A DNA stretch of 41,457 bases, from NCBI GenBank assembly GCA_030672385.1, contig DAOVGN010000087.1:1-41457 (forward strand), read 5' to 3'. The notes below the pieces were generated by a model, which ran no database searches, was not told the origin of the DNA, and saw only the letters and a list, made by a program, of their open reading frames with translations. Both the position numbers and the translations under genes were made by a program. Within the stretch, counting starts at the first letter, position 1. Each line of letters begins with the position of its first letter. This document shows positions 11,931 to 20,807 of the stretch, one piece after another. This stretch comes from Deltaproteobacteria bacterium. Its GTDB lineage: Bacteria; Desulfobacterota; B13-G15; RBG-16-54-18.

Positions 11931-12661
11931 TTCAACCCCGTGAGCTTTTTGGTGGCGATCTCCGCCTGGGGTGAATGGGGATATTCCTTAATTACCTTTT
12001 TGAAGAGGATCTTGGCACCTGTCCGATCCCCCAAGTTCAAGAAGGCAAGGCCCTGTTTTAATAGGCCAGAGGGGACCTTATCCCCTTTGGGATATCGCTT
12101 TATCACCTTCTCATACTCCAAGATGGCCGTTTCATAGTCCTCTTGTAGATAGTAGCATTCGCCGATCCAATATTGGGCATTATCCGCGTACTCTGAGTGG
12201 GGATATTTGCAAAGAAACCCCCTGAACATCCTCAAGGCAAGGGGGTAGTCGTTTTTCTTGAAGGTTTTATAGGCCCGCTGATAGACTCCCTCCATATCCT
12301 CCTCCAGGGGGGTGGACTTTTCTTTCGGTAGGGTAGCGTGGGCAGGGAGTGCTGTTACCCCCTCCTCTTTTCCCTTCTGGAAGGCAGATGTCTTCAACCC
12401 TTGCAACTCATCGGCGAGCCTCTTGATGAACTCCCTGTCTTCCTCTATGTTCGCCTTGATGATCTGAATCTCCCTCTGCAGATCTTCAACGGTGGTTTCG
12501 AGATCAGCCCAGTCCTTCTGCATCTCGGAGGAGAGTTTCCCCCTAATGCTCTCAACCTCCTGTTGCAGATCCTCTATCTGGCTGTTCAGGTAGGCTACTT
12601 CCCTGCTTGTAGCACAGCCAACCAGGAGAAAAATGGTTAACATTATGAGGAATTTCAACAT
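11927..12661 (-). CDS. cpoB: Tol-Pal system protein CpoB/YbgF (coiled coil plus TPR)
   Basis: Start placed at Met50 of the track ORF, giving a signal/lipobox-like N-terminus [19 protein letters not shown]. Coiled-coil segment, then TPR-like C-terminus ([30 protein letters not shown]). Immediately downstream of pal. Confidence 0.8.
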   Translation of the reverse strand: MLKFLIMLTIFLLVGCATSREVAYLNSQIEDLQQEVESIRGKLSSEMQKDWADLETTVEDLQREIQIIKANIEEDREFIKRLADELQGLKTSAFQKGKEEGVTALPAHATLPKEKSTPLEEDMEGVYQRAYKTFKKNDYPLALRMFRGFLCKYPHSEYADNAQYWIGECYYLQEDYETAILEYEKVIKRYPKGDKVPSGLLKQGLAFLNLGDRTGAKILFKKVIKEYPHSPQAEIATKKLTGLN

Positions 12662-12719
12662 CCTGTGGAGCTTCACTCTATTAGCCCTCCCTTCTCCCTC
12701 TAGATCAAGCTCAAAGTTT

Positions 12720-13265
12720 TTACCTGGAGAGGATGATAAAATGGCACCTTCTGTTCTTGGCCCAAGCCTCTTCATTGTGTCTCGGATCCAGCGGCATCTC
12801 CTCCCCATAGCTGATGGTTGCTAGTCGATCTCCTTTTACACCAAGTTTAATCAGATAAAGCTTTGCGCTCACTGCCCTCTTCTCTCCCAAGGCCAAGTTA
12901 TATTCATTGCTTCCACGTTCATCGCAATGCCCTTCGATCTGTATCCTGAGGTTGGGATGGGCCAACAATACCCTAGCGTTCTTGGCCAGTATCCTCCTGC
13001 CCTCTTCGCGCAGGTCATACCTGTCGAACGCAAAGTGGATATCATTTAAAAGGGTGCTTTCCAAGACCTCCCCCTCGATCCCAGGATATTTCCTCTTCGT
13101 GAGGCTCTCCTCAAAGTCCTTCCTCTCACGTCCCTCTCTCAAGGCCTTCTCTTCTTCAGGGGTGACGGTCCGTTCTTTCTTTACCACCTTGTACTGACAT
13201 TGGGGCAGGAGAATAATAAGCATAACCAAAAACAAAATCCTCCATGCCCATCTCTTGTTCCTCAT
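12720..13265 (-). CDS. pal: Peptidoglycan-associated lipoprotein Pal (OmpA-like domain)
   Basis: Start moved to MRNKRW (GGAGG SD 8 nt upstream). Lipobox LLPQC. OmpA-like domain (IHFAFDRYDL...IEGHCDERGSNEYNLALGEKRA). tolB-pal-cpoB order. Confidence 0.9.
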   Translation of the reverse strand: MRNKRWAWRILFLVMLIILLPQCQYKVVKKERTVTPEEEKALREGRERKDFEESLTKRKYPGIEGEVLESTLLNDIHFAFDRYDLREEGRRILAKNARVLLAHPNLRIQIEGHCDERGSNEYNLALGEKRAVSAKLYLIKLGVKGDRLATISYGEEMPLDPRHNEEAWAKNRRCHFIILSR

Positions 13266-13312
13266 AATAGAGACCTCCCTTTTCAAAGGATGTGTCCTCA
13301 TTGTTTTAGTAA

Positions 13313-14611
13313 CTACGGTGACCAGGCAGATTCTGTCTCGTTGGCCCTAGAGTTGGTTATCCTCCACGGACCGCCTCCATTGTCGGTCGTGATGTAGATG
13401 TCGGCATTCCCTTTCCTTTTGGAGTCAAAGGCTATATGCCTCCCGTTGGGGGCCCAAGATGGGTGCTCGTTGTTCCCCTTCCTGGTCAGCCTTCGCAGGT
13501 CGGATCCATCCAGCCTGATGGTGTAGATATGAAACCGGCCCCCTTCTTTGCCAGCAAAGGCGATCTTGTCCCCCTTGGGGGACCAAGCAGGGGAGCAATT
13601 GTAACTACCCTCATAGGTCAACCTCCTCATCCTTTTCGTGCCCAGATCAACGATATAGATCTGAGGGCTCCCTGATCGGTCGGAGACAAAGGCGATCTGT
13701 TTTCCATCAGGCGACCAGGTGGGCGAGGCCTCATTGGCCCAGGAGCGGGTAAGCCTTGAAGGGTTCTTCCCTTTCTGGTTCAGGAGGTATATATCGGTGT
13801 TACCATCTCCCCTCATCATCAGGGCGATCCGCTTCCCGTCGGGGGACCAAGCCGAGGCGGCATTGAGCCCAGTAACGGCGGATAGGAGGACGATGCGCCC
13901 CGTTGAGAGGAATACTTGATAGAGGTCTGGGTTGCGCCGACGAAAACAAGTATAGAGCAGGCTCCTCCCATCCGGTGACCAGGCAGGAGAGATGTTGATG
14001 GAGCCGTTGCGGGTGATTATTTCTACCTTGTGTCCGTTGAAGTCCATCATATAGATCTCCTTGTTCCCGGTCCGATCGGAGACAAAGGCGATCTTTGTCT
14101 GGAAGATCCCCCGTTCCCCGGTCAACTGATGGATGATTTCGTCCGCCATCCTGTGGACCATCAACCGCATCCCCTCCGTGGGTGCCCGGTACCGCTTGCC
14201 TGCGATGTAGATCCTCTGGATCACATCGAAGAGCCTGAACTCCATCGAGACCTGTTCCCCTTTCACAGAGAGGCCTACCGACAGCAAGAACTCAGCCCCC
14301 ACCCGTTCCCACGCCTCGAAATCCACCGTCGCCTCCGTGACGTAGCTCCCCTTTTGGGGCAACTTCTCCCGTTTCATAAGGTAAAAGAAGTCGGCGATGG
14401 TGAGGTCTTGGGTGAGGATCACCTCGATCTCCTTTTTGATCCCTTGAGGGACCTTCCCCAACTCCTCGATCTCCGGCAGGGCCAGATAGGACTTCCGGAT
14501 GTAGGGGGAGTCGATATCGATGTAGACGATCCCACTACCGGCGGGGGGAGGTAAGAGGATCACCATCATTACCACGAAAAAAAGGACTGCTTTTTTCTTA
14601 GATCGCTCCAT
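13313..14611 (-). CDS. tolB: Tol-Pal system beta-propeller protein TolB
   Basis: 432 aa with a signal peptide and repeated propeller blades (SPAWSPDG..., AWSPDGKRIA, PTWSPDGKQIAF, PAWSPKGDKIAF). Confidence 0.9.
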   Translation of the reverse strand: MERSKKKAVLFFVVMMVILLPPPAGSGIVYIDIDSPYIRKSYLALPEIEELGKVPQGIKKEIEVILTQDLTIADFFYLMKREKLPQKGSYVTEATVDFEAWERVGAEFLLSVGLSVKGEQVSMEFRLFDVIQRIYIAGKRYRAPTEGMRLMVHRMADEIIHQLTGERGIFQTKIAFVSDRTGNKEIYMMDFNGHKVEIITRNGSINISPAWSPDGRSLLYTCFRRRNPDLYQVFLSTGRIVLLSAVTGLNAASAWSPDGKRIALMMRGDGNTDIYLLNQKGKNPSRLTRSWANEASPTWSPDGKQIAFVSDRSGSPQIYIVDLGTKRMRRLTYEGSYNCSPAWSPKGDKIAFAGKEGGRFHIYTIRLDGSDLRRLTRKGNNEHPSWAPNGRHIAFDSKRKGNADIYITTDNGGGPWRITNSRANETESAWSP

Positions 14612-14626
14612 ATCCTTATCAACGCC

Positions 14627-15286
14627 TCAGTGCGGCTGAAATACTAGGCCAAACTCTAAAGGGACTTTTCCGGGCGGGGGGGGAAAGGGAGAGGCCTTGG
14701 TTATCGCCCGCATGGCCGATTGGTCAAAATAGGGGTTCCCGGAAACCCGCTCAAACCTGCTCGTGAGCACGAGCCCATTTTTATCGATCGTTACGACAAC
14801 CACAGCCTCCATTCCCTCCTCCTCAGCCACGGTGTCAGGGATAACCCAAAATCCCTTCACCCGCTCTCGGACCATCCCGAAGTAGTGCTCCATCTGGGAG
14901 GGGGTCACTACCGCCCCTCTGCCTGCCACCCGTTTCTCTATCTTTTTGATGGCAGCCAACCGTTTCTGCTCATCGTCTATCTTCTGCTTCTCTTTTTTGG
15001 CCTTGGTGCGTTTGGTCACGGCCACACTTTTAACCTTTTCTACCTCCTTTTTTACTTCCTTTTTGGATGCCTTGTTTATTTCCGTTTTTTCCTTCTTCTG
15101 CACTTCTTTTTCAGGAGTAACAACCACCTTCTCCGATGGGATAAGGTCCACCATAAAGATATCGGACCGTAGGGTGAGCCTTTTGGGGATCAGGGTAAAG
15201 GTGTCCACGAGGGCTACGGCAAAGAAGTGGATAATAGTGGAACATATGGCAGCCAGAATAATAGTATAGTTGGAAAAGATTCTCAT
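14627..15286 (-). CDS. TolA-like / TonB-family energy-transducer protein
   Basis: N-terminal TM helix, Lys/Glu-rich linker, and a TonB_C-like C-terminal domain (...SGNPYFDQSAMRAITKASPFPPPPG). Directly upstream of tolB. Confidence 0.7.
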   Translation of the reverse strand: MRIFSNYTIILAAICSTIIHFFAVALVDTFTLIPKRLTLRSDIFMVDLIPSEKVVVTPEKEVQKKEKTEINKASKKEVKKEVEKVKSVAVTKRTKAKKEKQKIDDEQKRLAAIKKIEKRVAGRGAVVTPSQMEHYFGMVRERVKGFWVIPDTVAEEEGMEAVVVVTIDKNGLVLTSRFERVSGNPYFDQSAMRAITKASPFPPPPGKVPLEFGLVFQPH

Positions 15287-16188
15287 TGTGGTAAAGGCCC
15301 CCAGCTGATGAGAAATTCCATAAACCGGCGTGCGGGAGGCGAAAGCTCTCTTCCCCTTGATACGACAAGAAAGAAATCCCTCTCCGGAGCAGATGACCCC
15401 TTGACCTTGATCTCCTTGACCTTTCCTCCCTCTATCTCCTCTCGAACGGCGAGGTTGGAGATGAAACCGAGGCCTATCTGCGCCTTCACTCCTTCCTTTA
15501 CGGCGGTGGAGCTACCAACCTCCCCTAGGATTTTTAAATCCTCCAATCTATATCCGGCCGCTGTCACATATCTTTCAAAGGCTTCACGCGTCCCCGATCC
15601 TCTCTCTCTGATCAACAGAGGAACCGACTTCAACTCCTCCCAGGAGACCTCCCTTTTTTGGGCCAGGGGGTGCTTGAGGTGGGCGATGATGATCACCCGA
15701 TCTTTAAAGAGAGGATGACTTTTGACCTTTTCCCCATTGAACCTCATCCCCACTACACCCATCTCTATCTCTCCGGCAAGCAGAATGTCGACGATCTCCT
15801 GCGAGTCCGCAATGAGGAGGTTAACGGATATGCCCGGAGCCACCTTGTGAAACCCCCCCATGACCTTGGGGAGGAAGTATTCTCCGGGTATTGTGCTTCC
15901 TCCTATCGTTATCCTTCCTCTGATCAGGTGAGAGAATTCATAGATGGCGTTGAGAGCTTCATCCCGTAATCTCAGGATCTCTTTGGCATAGCGGTAAAGG
16001 CTCCGCCCCGCATTGGTGAGGGTCGTCTTTCTGCCTAGACGGTCAAAGAGTTTGAGGCCAAAGATTTGCTCCAAGGAGGCGATGTGCCCGCTGACAGTGG
16101 GTTGAGTAAGATATACTGCCTCTGCTGCCCGGGAAAAGCTCCCCAGCTCGGCCACCTTGCAGAAGGTTTCCAGTTGTCTCAAATCCAT
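15283..16188 (-). CDS. LysR-family transcriptional regulator
   Basis: N-terminal w[43 protein letters not shown] plus a LysR substrate-binding domain. Its TGA overlaps the tolA-like ATG (ATGA). Confidence 0.9.
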   Translation of the reverse strand: MDLRQLETFCKVAELGSFSRAAEAVYLTQPTVSGHIASLEQIFGLKLFDRLGRKTTLTNAGRSLYRYAKEILRLRDEALNAIYEFSHLIRGRITIGGSTIPGEYFLPKVMGGFHKVAPGISVNLLIADSQEIVDILLAGEIEMGVVGMRFNGEKVKSHPLFKDRVIIIAHLKHPLAQKREVSWEELKSVPLLIRERGSGTREAFERYVTAAGYRLEDLKILGEVGSSTAVKEGVKAQIGLGFISNLAVREEIEGGKVKEIKVKGSSAPERDFFLVVSRGRELSPPARRFMEFLISWGPLPQ

Positions 16189-16275
16189 GGCCTATTGGAC
16201 TTTGGCTTGCCTAAGGATGTGTATACTGTTAATATGATATCGGCTTCACCGCAAAAGTTCAAGGAGAAATTGCCC

Positions 16276-17805
16276 ATGTTGGCCAAGGTGTTGAGTAGCG
16301 CTGTGCTGGGGATAGATGGTTATATCGTGGAGGTGGAGGTGGATATCTCAGGGGGGCTTCCCTCCTTTTTCACGGTAGGACTGCCTGAGGGGGCGGTTAA
16401 AGAGAGCAAGGATCGGGTGAAGGCGGCCATCAAAAACTCCGGCTATGAATTCCCCCCGCGGAGGATCACGGTCAACCTGGCCCCCGCCGATGTGAAGAAG
16501 GAGGGATCGGCCTTCGATCTGCCCATCGCCCTGGGGATCCTCTCAGCTCAGGGCATCGTCCCCCAAGACCCCTTACGGGATTATCTCTTTTTGGGGGAGC
16601 TCTCCCTGGACGGGGGGATAAAACCTATTAGGGGTGGACTCCCCATGGCGGTGGCGGCCAAGGAGGCAGGATTGAGGGGAATCATCCTACCCAGAGCTAA
16701 CGCCGGGGAGGCAGCGGTGGTGGAGGGGATAGAGGTATTGCCCATGCGAGGGCTAGCGCAGGTAGTGGGTTTCTTGCGGGGCGAGAGTGAGGTCCCTCCC
16801 GTAAAGGTCAATATGGAGGAGATCTTCCAAGAGGGAGGGGAGTATCCCGAGGATTTCCGGGAGGTGAAGGGGCAGGAGCACGCCAAGAGGGCCTTGGAGA
16901 TAGCGGCGGCAGGGGGACATAACATCCTCATGATCGGTCCCCCCGGGGCGGGGAAGACCATGCTGGCGCGCCGGCTCCCCACCATCCTTCCCCTCATGAC
17001 CCTCGAGGAGAGCCTGGAGGCCACCAACATCCACAGCGTGGTGGGCCTCATCCCACAGGATACAGCCCTCATCACCACCCGTTCCTTTCGCTCACCACAC
17101 CATACCATCTCTGATGCAGGGCTCATCGGTGGGGGGCAGGTGCCGCGGCCCGGGGAGGTGAGCCTCGCCCACAACGGGGTCCTTTTCCTGGATGAGTTGC
17201 CGGAGTTCAAGAAAAACGTCCTGGAGGTCCTGCGCCAGCCCTTGGAGGATGGGAGGGTCACCATCGCCAGGGCCACTATTTCCCTCACCTATCCCGCCCG
17301 CATCATGCTGGTGGCGGCGATGAATCCCTGTCCCTGCGGCTACTACAGTGACCCCCAGCATGAGTGCACCTGCACCATCCCCCAGATCCAGAGGTATCGC
17401 TCTCGGGTCTCCGGACCCCTGCTCGATAGGATCGATATCCACATTGAGGTTCCGGCAGTGAGGTATAAGGATATGGTGACATGGGGGGAGGGGGAGTCCT
17501 CCCTCCGGATCAGGGAGAGGGTGAAGGGGGCCAGGGCGATCCAACATGAGCGGTTTAGGGGGAAGAAGATATTTTGCAACGCCCAGATGACCTCCAGGCA
17601 CCTGAAGAGGTATTGTCAGATCGATCAGGACGGGAATCGTCTTCTGGAGTTGGCGATGTCTAAATTCGGTCTGAGCGCCCGGGGCTATACGCGGATATTG
17701 AAGGTCGCCCGCACTATCGCCGATCTGGAGAGGGCGGATGGGGTCTCCCCACACCACCTCTCAGAAGCCATCCAGTACAGGACCTTGGACAGGGGGATCC
17801 TGTAA
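16276..17805 (+). CDS. comM: YifB/ComM-family Mg-chelatase-like AAA+ ATPase
   Basis: Start moved to [16 protein letters not shown] (AAGGAGA SD at 16261-16267). Walker A GPPGAGKT, Walker [11 protein letters not shown], and the C-terminal Mg_chelatase_C pattern. Confidence 0.9.
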   Translation: MLAKVLSSAVLGIDGYIVEVEVDISGGLPSFFTVGLPEGAVKESKDRVKAAIKNSGYEFPPRRITVNLAPADVKKEGSAFDLPIALGILSAQGIVPQDPLRDYLFLGELSLDGGIKPIRGGLPMAVAAKEAGLRGIILPRANAGEAAVVEGIEVLPMRGLAQVVGFLRGESEVPPVKVNMEEIFQEGGEYPEDFREVKGQEHAKRALEIAAAGGHNILMIGPPGAGKTMLARRLPTILPLMTLEESLEATNIHSVVGLIPQDTALITTRSFRSPHHTISDAGLIGGGQVPRPGEVSLAHNGVLFLDELPEFKKNVLEVLRQPLEDGRVTIARATISLTYPARIMLVAAMNPCPCGYYSDPQHECTCTIPQIQRYRSRVSGPLLDRIDIHIEVPAVRYKDMVTWGEGESSLRIRERVKGARAIQHERFRGKKIFCNAQMTSRHLKRYCQIDQDGNRLLELAMSKFGLSARGYTRILKVARTIADLERADGVSPHHLSEAIQYRTLDRGIL

Positions 17806-17818
17806 CCCAGCGCCACCT

Positions 17819-17850
17819 GTGTGAAAGTGAAGAGCGCTCTTTCTACACAC
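17819..17850 (+). terminator. Weak stem-loop after comM
   Basis: GTGTG...CACAC outer stem encloses the 12-nt palindrome AAGAGCGCTCTT (17830-17841). No clear U-tract follows. Confidence 0.25.
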
Positions 17851-17929
17851 CTCAAAAGCTCATAGGGCTACTTATGGTAAGGTTGTGTCTACTCACTAGT
17901 TGTGATATTGTTGGGGTAGTGTACCTTAG

Positions 17930-17989
17930 GCACTGTGGATGGGGTCACGAGAGAGTCGGTGTAAGGAGGGTTCAATCCTTACCCAGTGC
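17930..17989 (+). other. Compact tRNA-like structured element (not a complete tRNA)
   Basis: Closing stem GCACTG(t)GG / CCCAGTGC encloses two hairpins: CACGA-GAGAG-TCGGTG and TAAGGA-GGGTTCAA-TCCTTA. The second carries a T-loop-like GGTTCAATCC. Confidence 0.2.
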
Positions 17990-18014
17990 ATAGTCAATAA
18001 TTTTCATTCCGTAT

Positions 18015-18941
18015 TTGTCAGTTGAAGTGCTACAGAATATGAGATTAATTTCGATTCTCTTCAAAGAAACGAGACCACAATTCCTGATCCTCACCCTCGT
18101 GTGTTACCTCGTGGGTATTGGGACTGCCTCTCATGCACTTGGAGGCTTTGGAAGAATTCCCCCAGGCCATGCAATCCTTGCCCTCATCGGAGCACTACTT
18201 TCACATGTAGCTGTAAATGTCCTCAATGACTACTTCGATTACCGAAGCGGCCTCGACTTGAGGACGCAGCCGACTCCCTTCAGCGGTGGCAGCGGTATAC
18301 TCCCCCAGGGGCTCATGAGTTCAAAGCAAGTTCTCTCTATGGGAATCATCTCCCTTTTGATCGTGGTGGCCATAGGCATCTACTTTCTTGTCGTGAGGGG
18401 TTGGGGGCTCTTACCTATAGGGCTTCTCGGTATCCTGGTCATTGTCCTCTACACGCCGCTTGTGACAAAAACCCCTGCGCTCTGCCTCATCGCACCTGGG
18501 CTTGGGTTTGGGCCCCTAATGGTGATGGGCACTCACTATGTGCTTACGGGACAGCATGACTGGCTTGCCTTCTGGGCCTCACTCGTGCCCTTCTTCCTAG
18601 TGAGCAACCTGCTGCTGATAAACCAATTTCCCGATGCTGAGGCCGACAGTTCAGTAAACAGACGCCACCTTCCCATTGTTATCGGCAAAAAAGCAAGTGC
18701 TTATGTCTATGCTGCCTTCGCCCTTTCAGCCTTCTGCTGGGTCGTAGTAACGACACTCGGTGGCATGTTACCACCGGGGGCACTTTTGGCCCTTGTGCCC
18801 CTTCCCTTGGCACTAGTGACTATTCGCAGCGTAATACGCAGTGCCGAAGATAGAGATGCCCTTATTCCACTGTTGGCCAAAAACTTGATTTATACCCTTG
18901 CTACTCCCTTCCTCCTCGGGGTAGGGCTACTGGTTGCATAA
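18015..18941 (+). CDS. UbiA-superfamily aromatic/polyprenyl prenyltransferase (MenA-like). Start uncertain: TTG 18015 or ATG 18039.
   Basis: Polytopic membrane protein with both Asp-rich motifs, NVLNDYFDYRSGLD and NQFPDAEADSSVNRRHLP. Confidence 0.85.
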   Translation: MSVEVLQNMRLISILFKETRPQFLILTLVCYLVGIGTASHALGGFGRIPPGHAILALIGALLSHVAVNVLNDYFDYRSGLDLRTQPTPFSGGSGILPQGLMSSKQVLSMGIISLLIVVAIGIYFLVVRGWGLLPIGLLGILVIVLYTPLVTKTPALCLIAPGLGFGPLMVMGTHYVLTGQHDWLAFWASLVPFFLVSNLLLINQFPDAEADSSVNRRHLPIVIGKKASAYVYAAFALSAFCWVVVTTLGGMLPPGALLALVPLPLALVTIRSVIRSAEDRDALIPLLAKNLIYTLATPFLLGVGLLVA

Positions 18942-19207
18942 TTGGAAATAAATGTTGCTATACTAGCGGGGAGGGTGACACAAAAGGGTCACCTATGAAA
19001 AAAGCTGTCAAACAAAAGATGCTCATTTCAACCGCAAAGCCACGTCTAGGTTTTCCCCACCATGAGAAATGTATCGAGAAACTCTAATAAAGAATCTTGT
19101 TAAAATATGTTTAATTTTGGTATTGTGTCCGGTACTTTTGCCCGAGACGAACAGATTGTAAGGATTTGACAGGATTGGTTATCGGTACCGTATAGATACT
19201 GGGGGTT

Positions 19208-20272
19208 ATGCTCGTGAAAGTTCCAACTCTGCCTTGGACCCTGATGGCCAAAACGTGTTTCACGGTACTTCCCTCCGTTCATCGTTATTTGAACGTATGG
19301 AAAGACCGGATACAACACATTCCTGATCCAGAGCTACGGATGCAAGCTTTAATGAGCATGAATACCAAAACCTTTCATTGTGAGGGCGGCTCCATTTGTG
19401 GTCTGCTGGCTGGTGATAAAAGTGATGAAGCCATTCGCTTCATCGTTGCCTATCAAACGATAAGTGACTATCTCGACAATTTATGTGACCGCAGTACATC
19501 ACAAGACCCGAAAGACTTTCACGCCCTGCACGAATCCATGCTCCATGCATTGACCCCGAGAGCGAAGTGTATTAACTACTATCGGTATCGCAACGAACAG
19601 GACGATGGCGGCTATCTAAAGGCACTGGTCGAAACGTGCCAAGAGGTATTAGAGAAAGTCCCGGCCTATGATCACATTTCGTCCGCAGTCCACGAGTTGG
19701 CAGGTTATTATTGTGACCTACAGGTACTGAAGCACATCAAGGTCGAAGAGCGCATTCCTCGTTTGAAAGCATGGTTTGAGGCATATAAGAAAGACTTGCC
19801 GGAAATGAGTTGGTATGAGTTCTCTGCGTGCACTGGTTCAACGCTCGGTATTTTTTGCCTCGTTTCCTATGCCTTGCGCGATGACTTTTCAAATGAATTG
19901 GCAGTTCAGGTAAAAGACAGCTATTTCCCATGGGTACAAGGATTACATATCTTACTCGATTACTTTATAGACCAAGAAGAGGATCGTCTCGGTGGAGATT
20001 TAAATTTCTGTTTTTACTATGATAACGACGACGAGTTATTGGAACGACTTGCACATTTTATGCAACAGGCAGACAAGAGTGTTGCTCGATTGCCACATGC
20101 AAAGTTTCATCAGATGATCAATCGTGGTTTACTGAGCATTTATCTTGCGGACAAAAAGGTTAAGAAACAAAAGAGGGTGCAAAAGATGGCAAAAAAAATT
20201 GGGCGCCACGGTGGCCTTTTGGCATTTTTCTTCTATGTAAACTGCTGGATATATAGACGGATAAAAGGATGA
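19208..20272 (+). CDS. Class IB large-terpene synthase, tetraprenyl-beta-curcumene synthase (YtpB/DUF2600) family
   Basis: Contains DYLDNLCD (aa 87-94, nt 19466-19489) and DYFIDQEED (aa 251-259, nt 19958-19984). Also TKTFHCEGGS, AYQTISDYLDNLCDRSTS and WYEFSACTGSTLGIFCLV, which I recall as near-identical in Bacillus YtpB. Start could instead be GTG 19214. Confidence 0.85.
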   Translation: MLVKVPTLPWTLMAKTCFTVLPSVHRYLNVWKDRIQHIPDPELRMQALMSMNTKTFHCEGGSICGLLAGDKSDEAIRFIVAYQTISDYLDNLCDRSTSQDPKDFHALHESMLHALTPRAKCINYYRYRNEQDDGGYLKALVETCQEVLEKVPAYDHISSAVHELAGYYCDLQVLKHIKVEERIPRLKAWFEAYKKDLPEMSWYEFSACTGSTLGIFCLVSYALRDDFSNELAVQVKDSYFPWVQGLHILLDYFIDQEEDRLGGDLNFCFYYDNDDELLERLAHFMQQADKSVARLPHAKFHQMINRGLLSIYLADKKVKKQKRVQKMAKKIGRHGGLLAFFFYVNCWIYRRIKG

Positions 20273-20329
20273 GTCCGTAAGCTCTCAGCATTTCATTTTT
20301 TCTTATTTCTTGATTGAAAGGAGGATGAA

Positions 20330-20746
20330 ATGGTTTTTGGAGAGACCTTTTCGATACAAACTCAAGGGTTTTCGGATATCAAAGATGTCACCGATACTGT
20401 TCAGCATACTGTAGTAAAGTCCAAAATCAAAAATGGCTTGGCACATATATTTGTTGTAGGATCTACAGCCTCAATTTCTACGATCGAGCATGAACCCGCA
20501 CTGGCTGAAGACATGAAGGACCAACTGGAAAAATTGATACCGACTACCTTACGGAGCCGACATTCCCAAACGTGGGGAGATGATAATGGCTTTTCCCATA
20601 TACGTGCGACGCTTATGGGCCCTGGACTCACGGTACCAGTTGTTGATGGAAGCATTGTTTTGGGCACATGGCAGCAGATTGTGGTGATCGACCATGATAA
20701 TCGTCCTCGCTTGCGGAAGATTTTTGTTCAGGTCTTAGGAGAGTGA
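20330..20746 (+). CDS. yjbQ: YjbQ/UPF0047-family protein (secondary thiamine-phosphate synthase family)
   Basis: 138 aa with family pattern ...GFSHIRATLMGPGLTVPVVDGSIVLGTWQQIVVIDHDNRPRLRK. AGGAGG SD upstream. Confidence 0.8.
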   Translation: MVFGETFSIQTQGFSDIKDVTDTVQHTVVKSKIKNGLAHIFVVGSTASISTIEHEPALAEDMKDQLEKLIPTTLRSRHSQTWGDDNGFSHIRATLMGPGLTVPVVDGSIVLGTWQQIVVIDHDNRPRLRKIFVQVLGE

Positions 20747-20807
20747 ACCTTTACAGCATAATGTCATCACAGTAACGTGTTCGAAGGAATTTTGGGCGTG
20801 CTATCAC

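Noticed and set aside
16066-16275. A 70-codon N-terminal extension of comM in the track ORF. Similar extensions occur for cpoB (12662-12808), pal (13266-13301), tatT (24484-24531) and PAP2 (30073-30135).
   Set aside because: The comM extension overlaps the lysR coding region. Internal Met codons are preceded by SD-like sequences and give sensible N-termini (signal peptides or conserved starts).
17961-17982. A possible genuine tRNA gene, suggested by the GGTTCAATCC T-loop-like motif.
   Set aside because: I could not build a cloverleaf. The loop is 8 nt, there is no D arm and no 7-nt anticodon loop, and the acceptor pairing is only partial. I kept it only as a tRNA-like fragment.
19166-19196. 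TTGACA...TATAGA as a possible promoter for the terpene synthase gene, which would imply a nearly leaderless mRNA.
   Set aside because: The spacer is 19 nt and the -10 is weak. This is too speculative to list as a feature.
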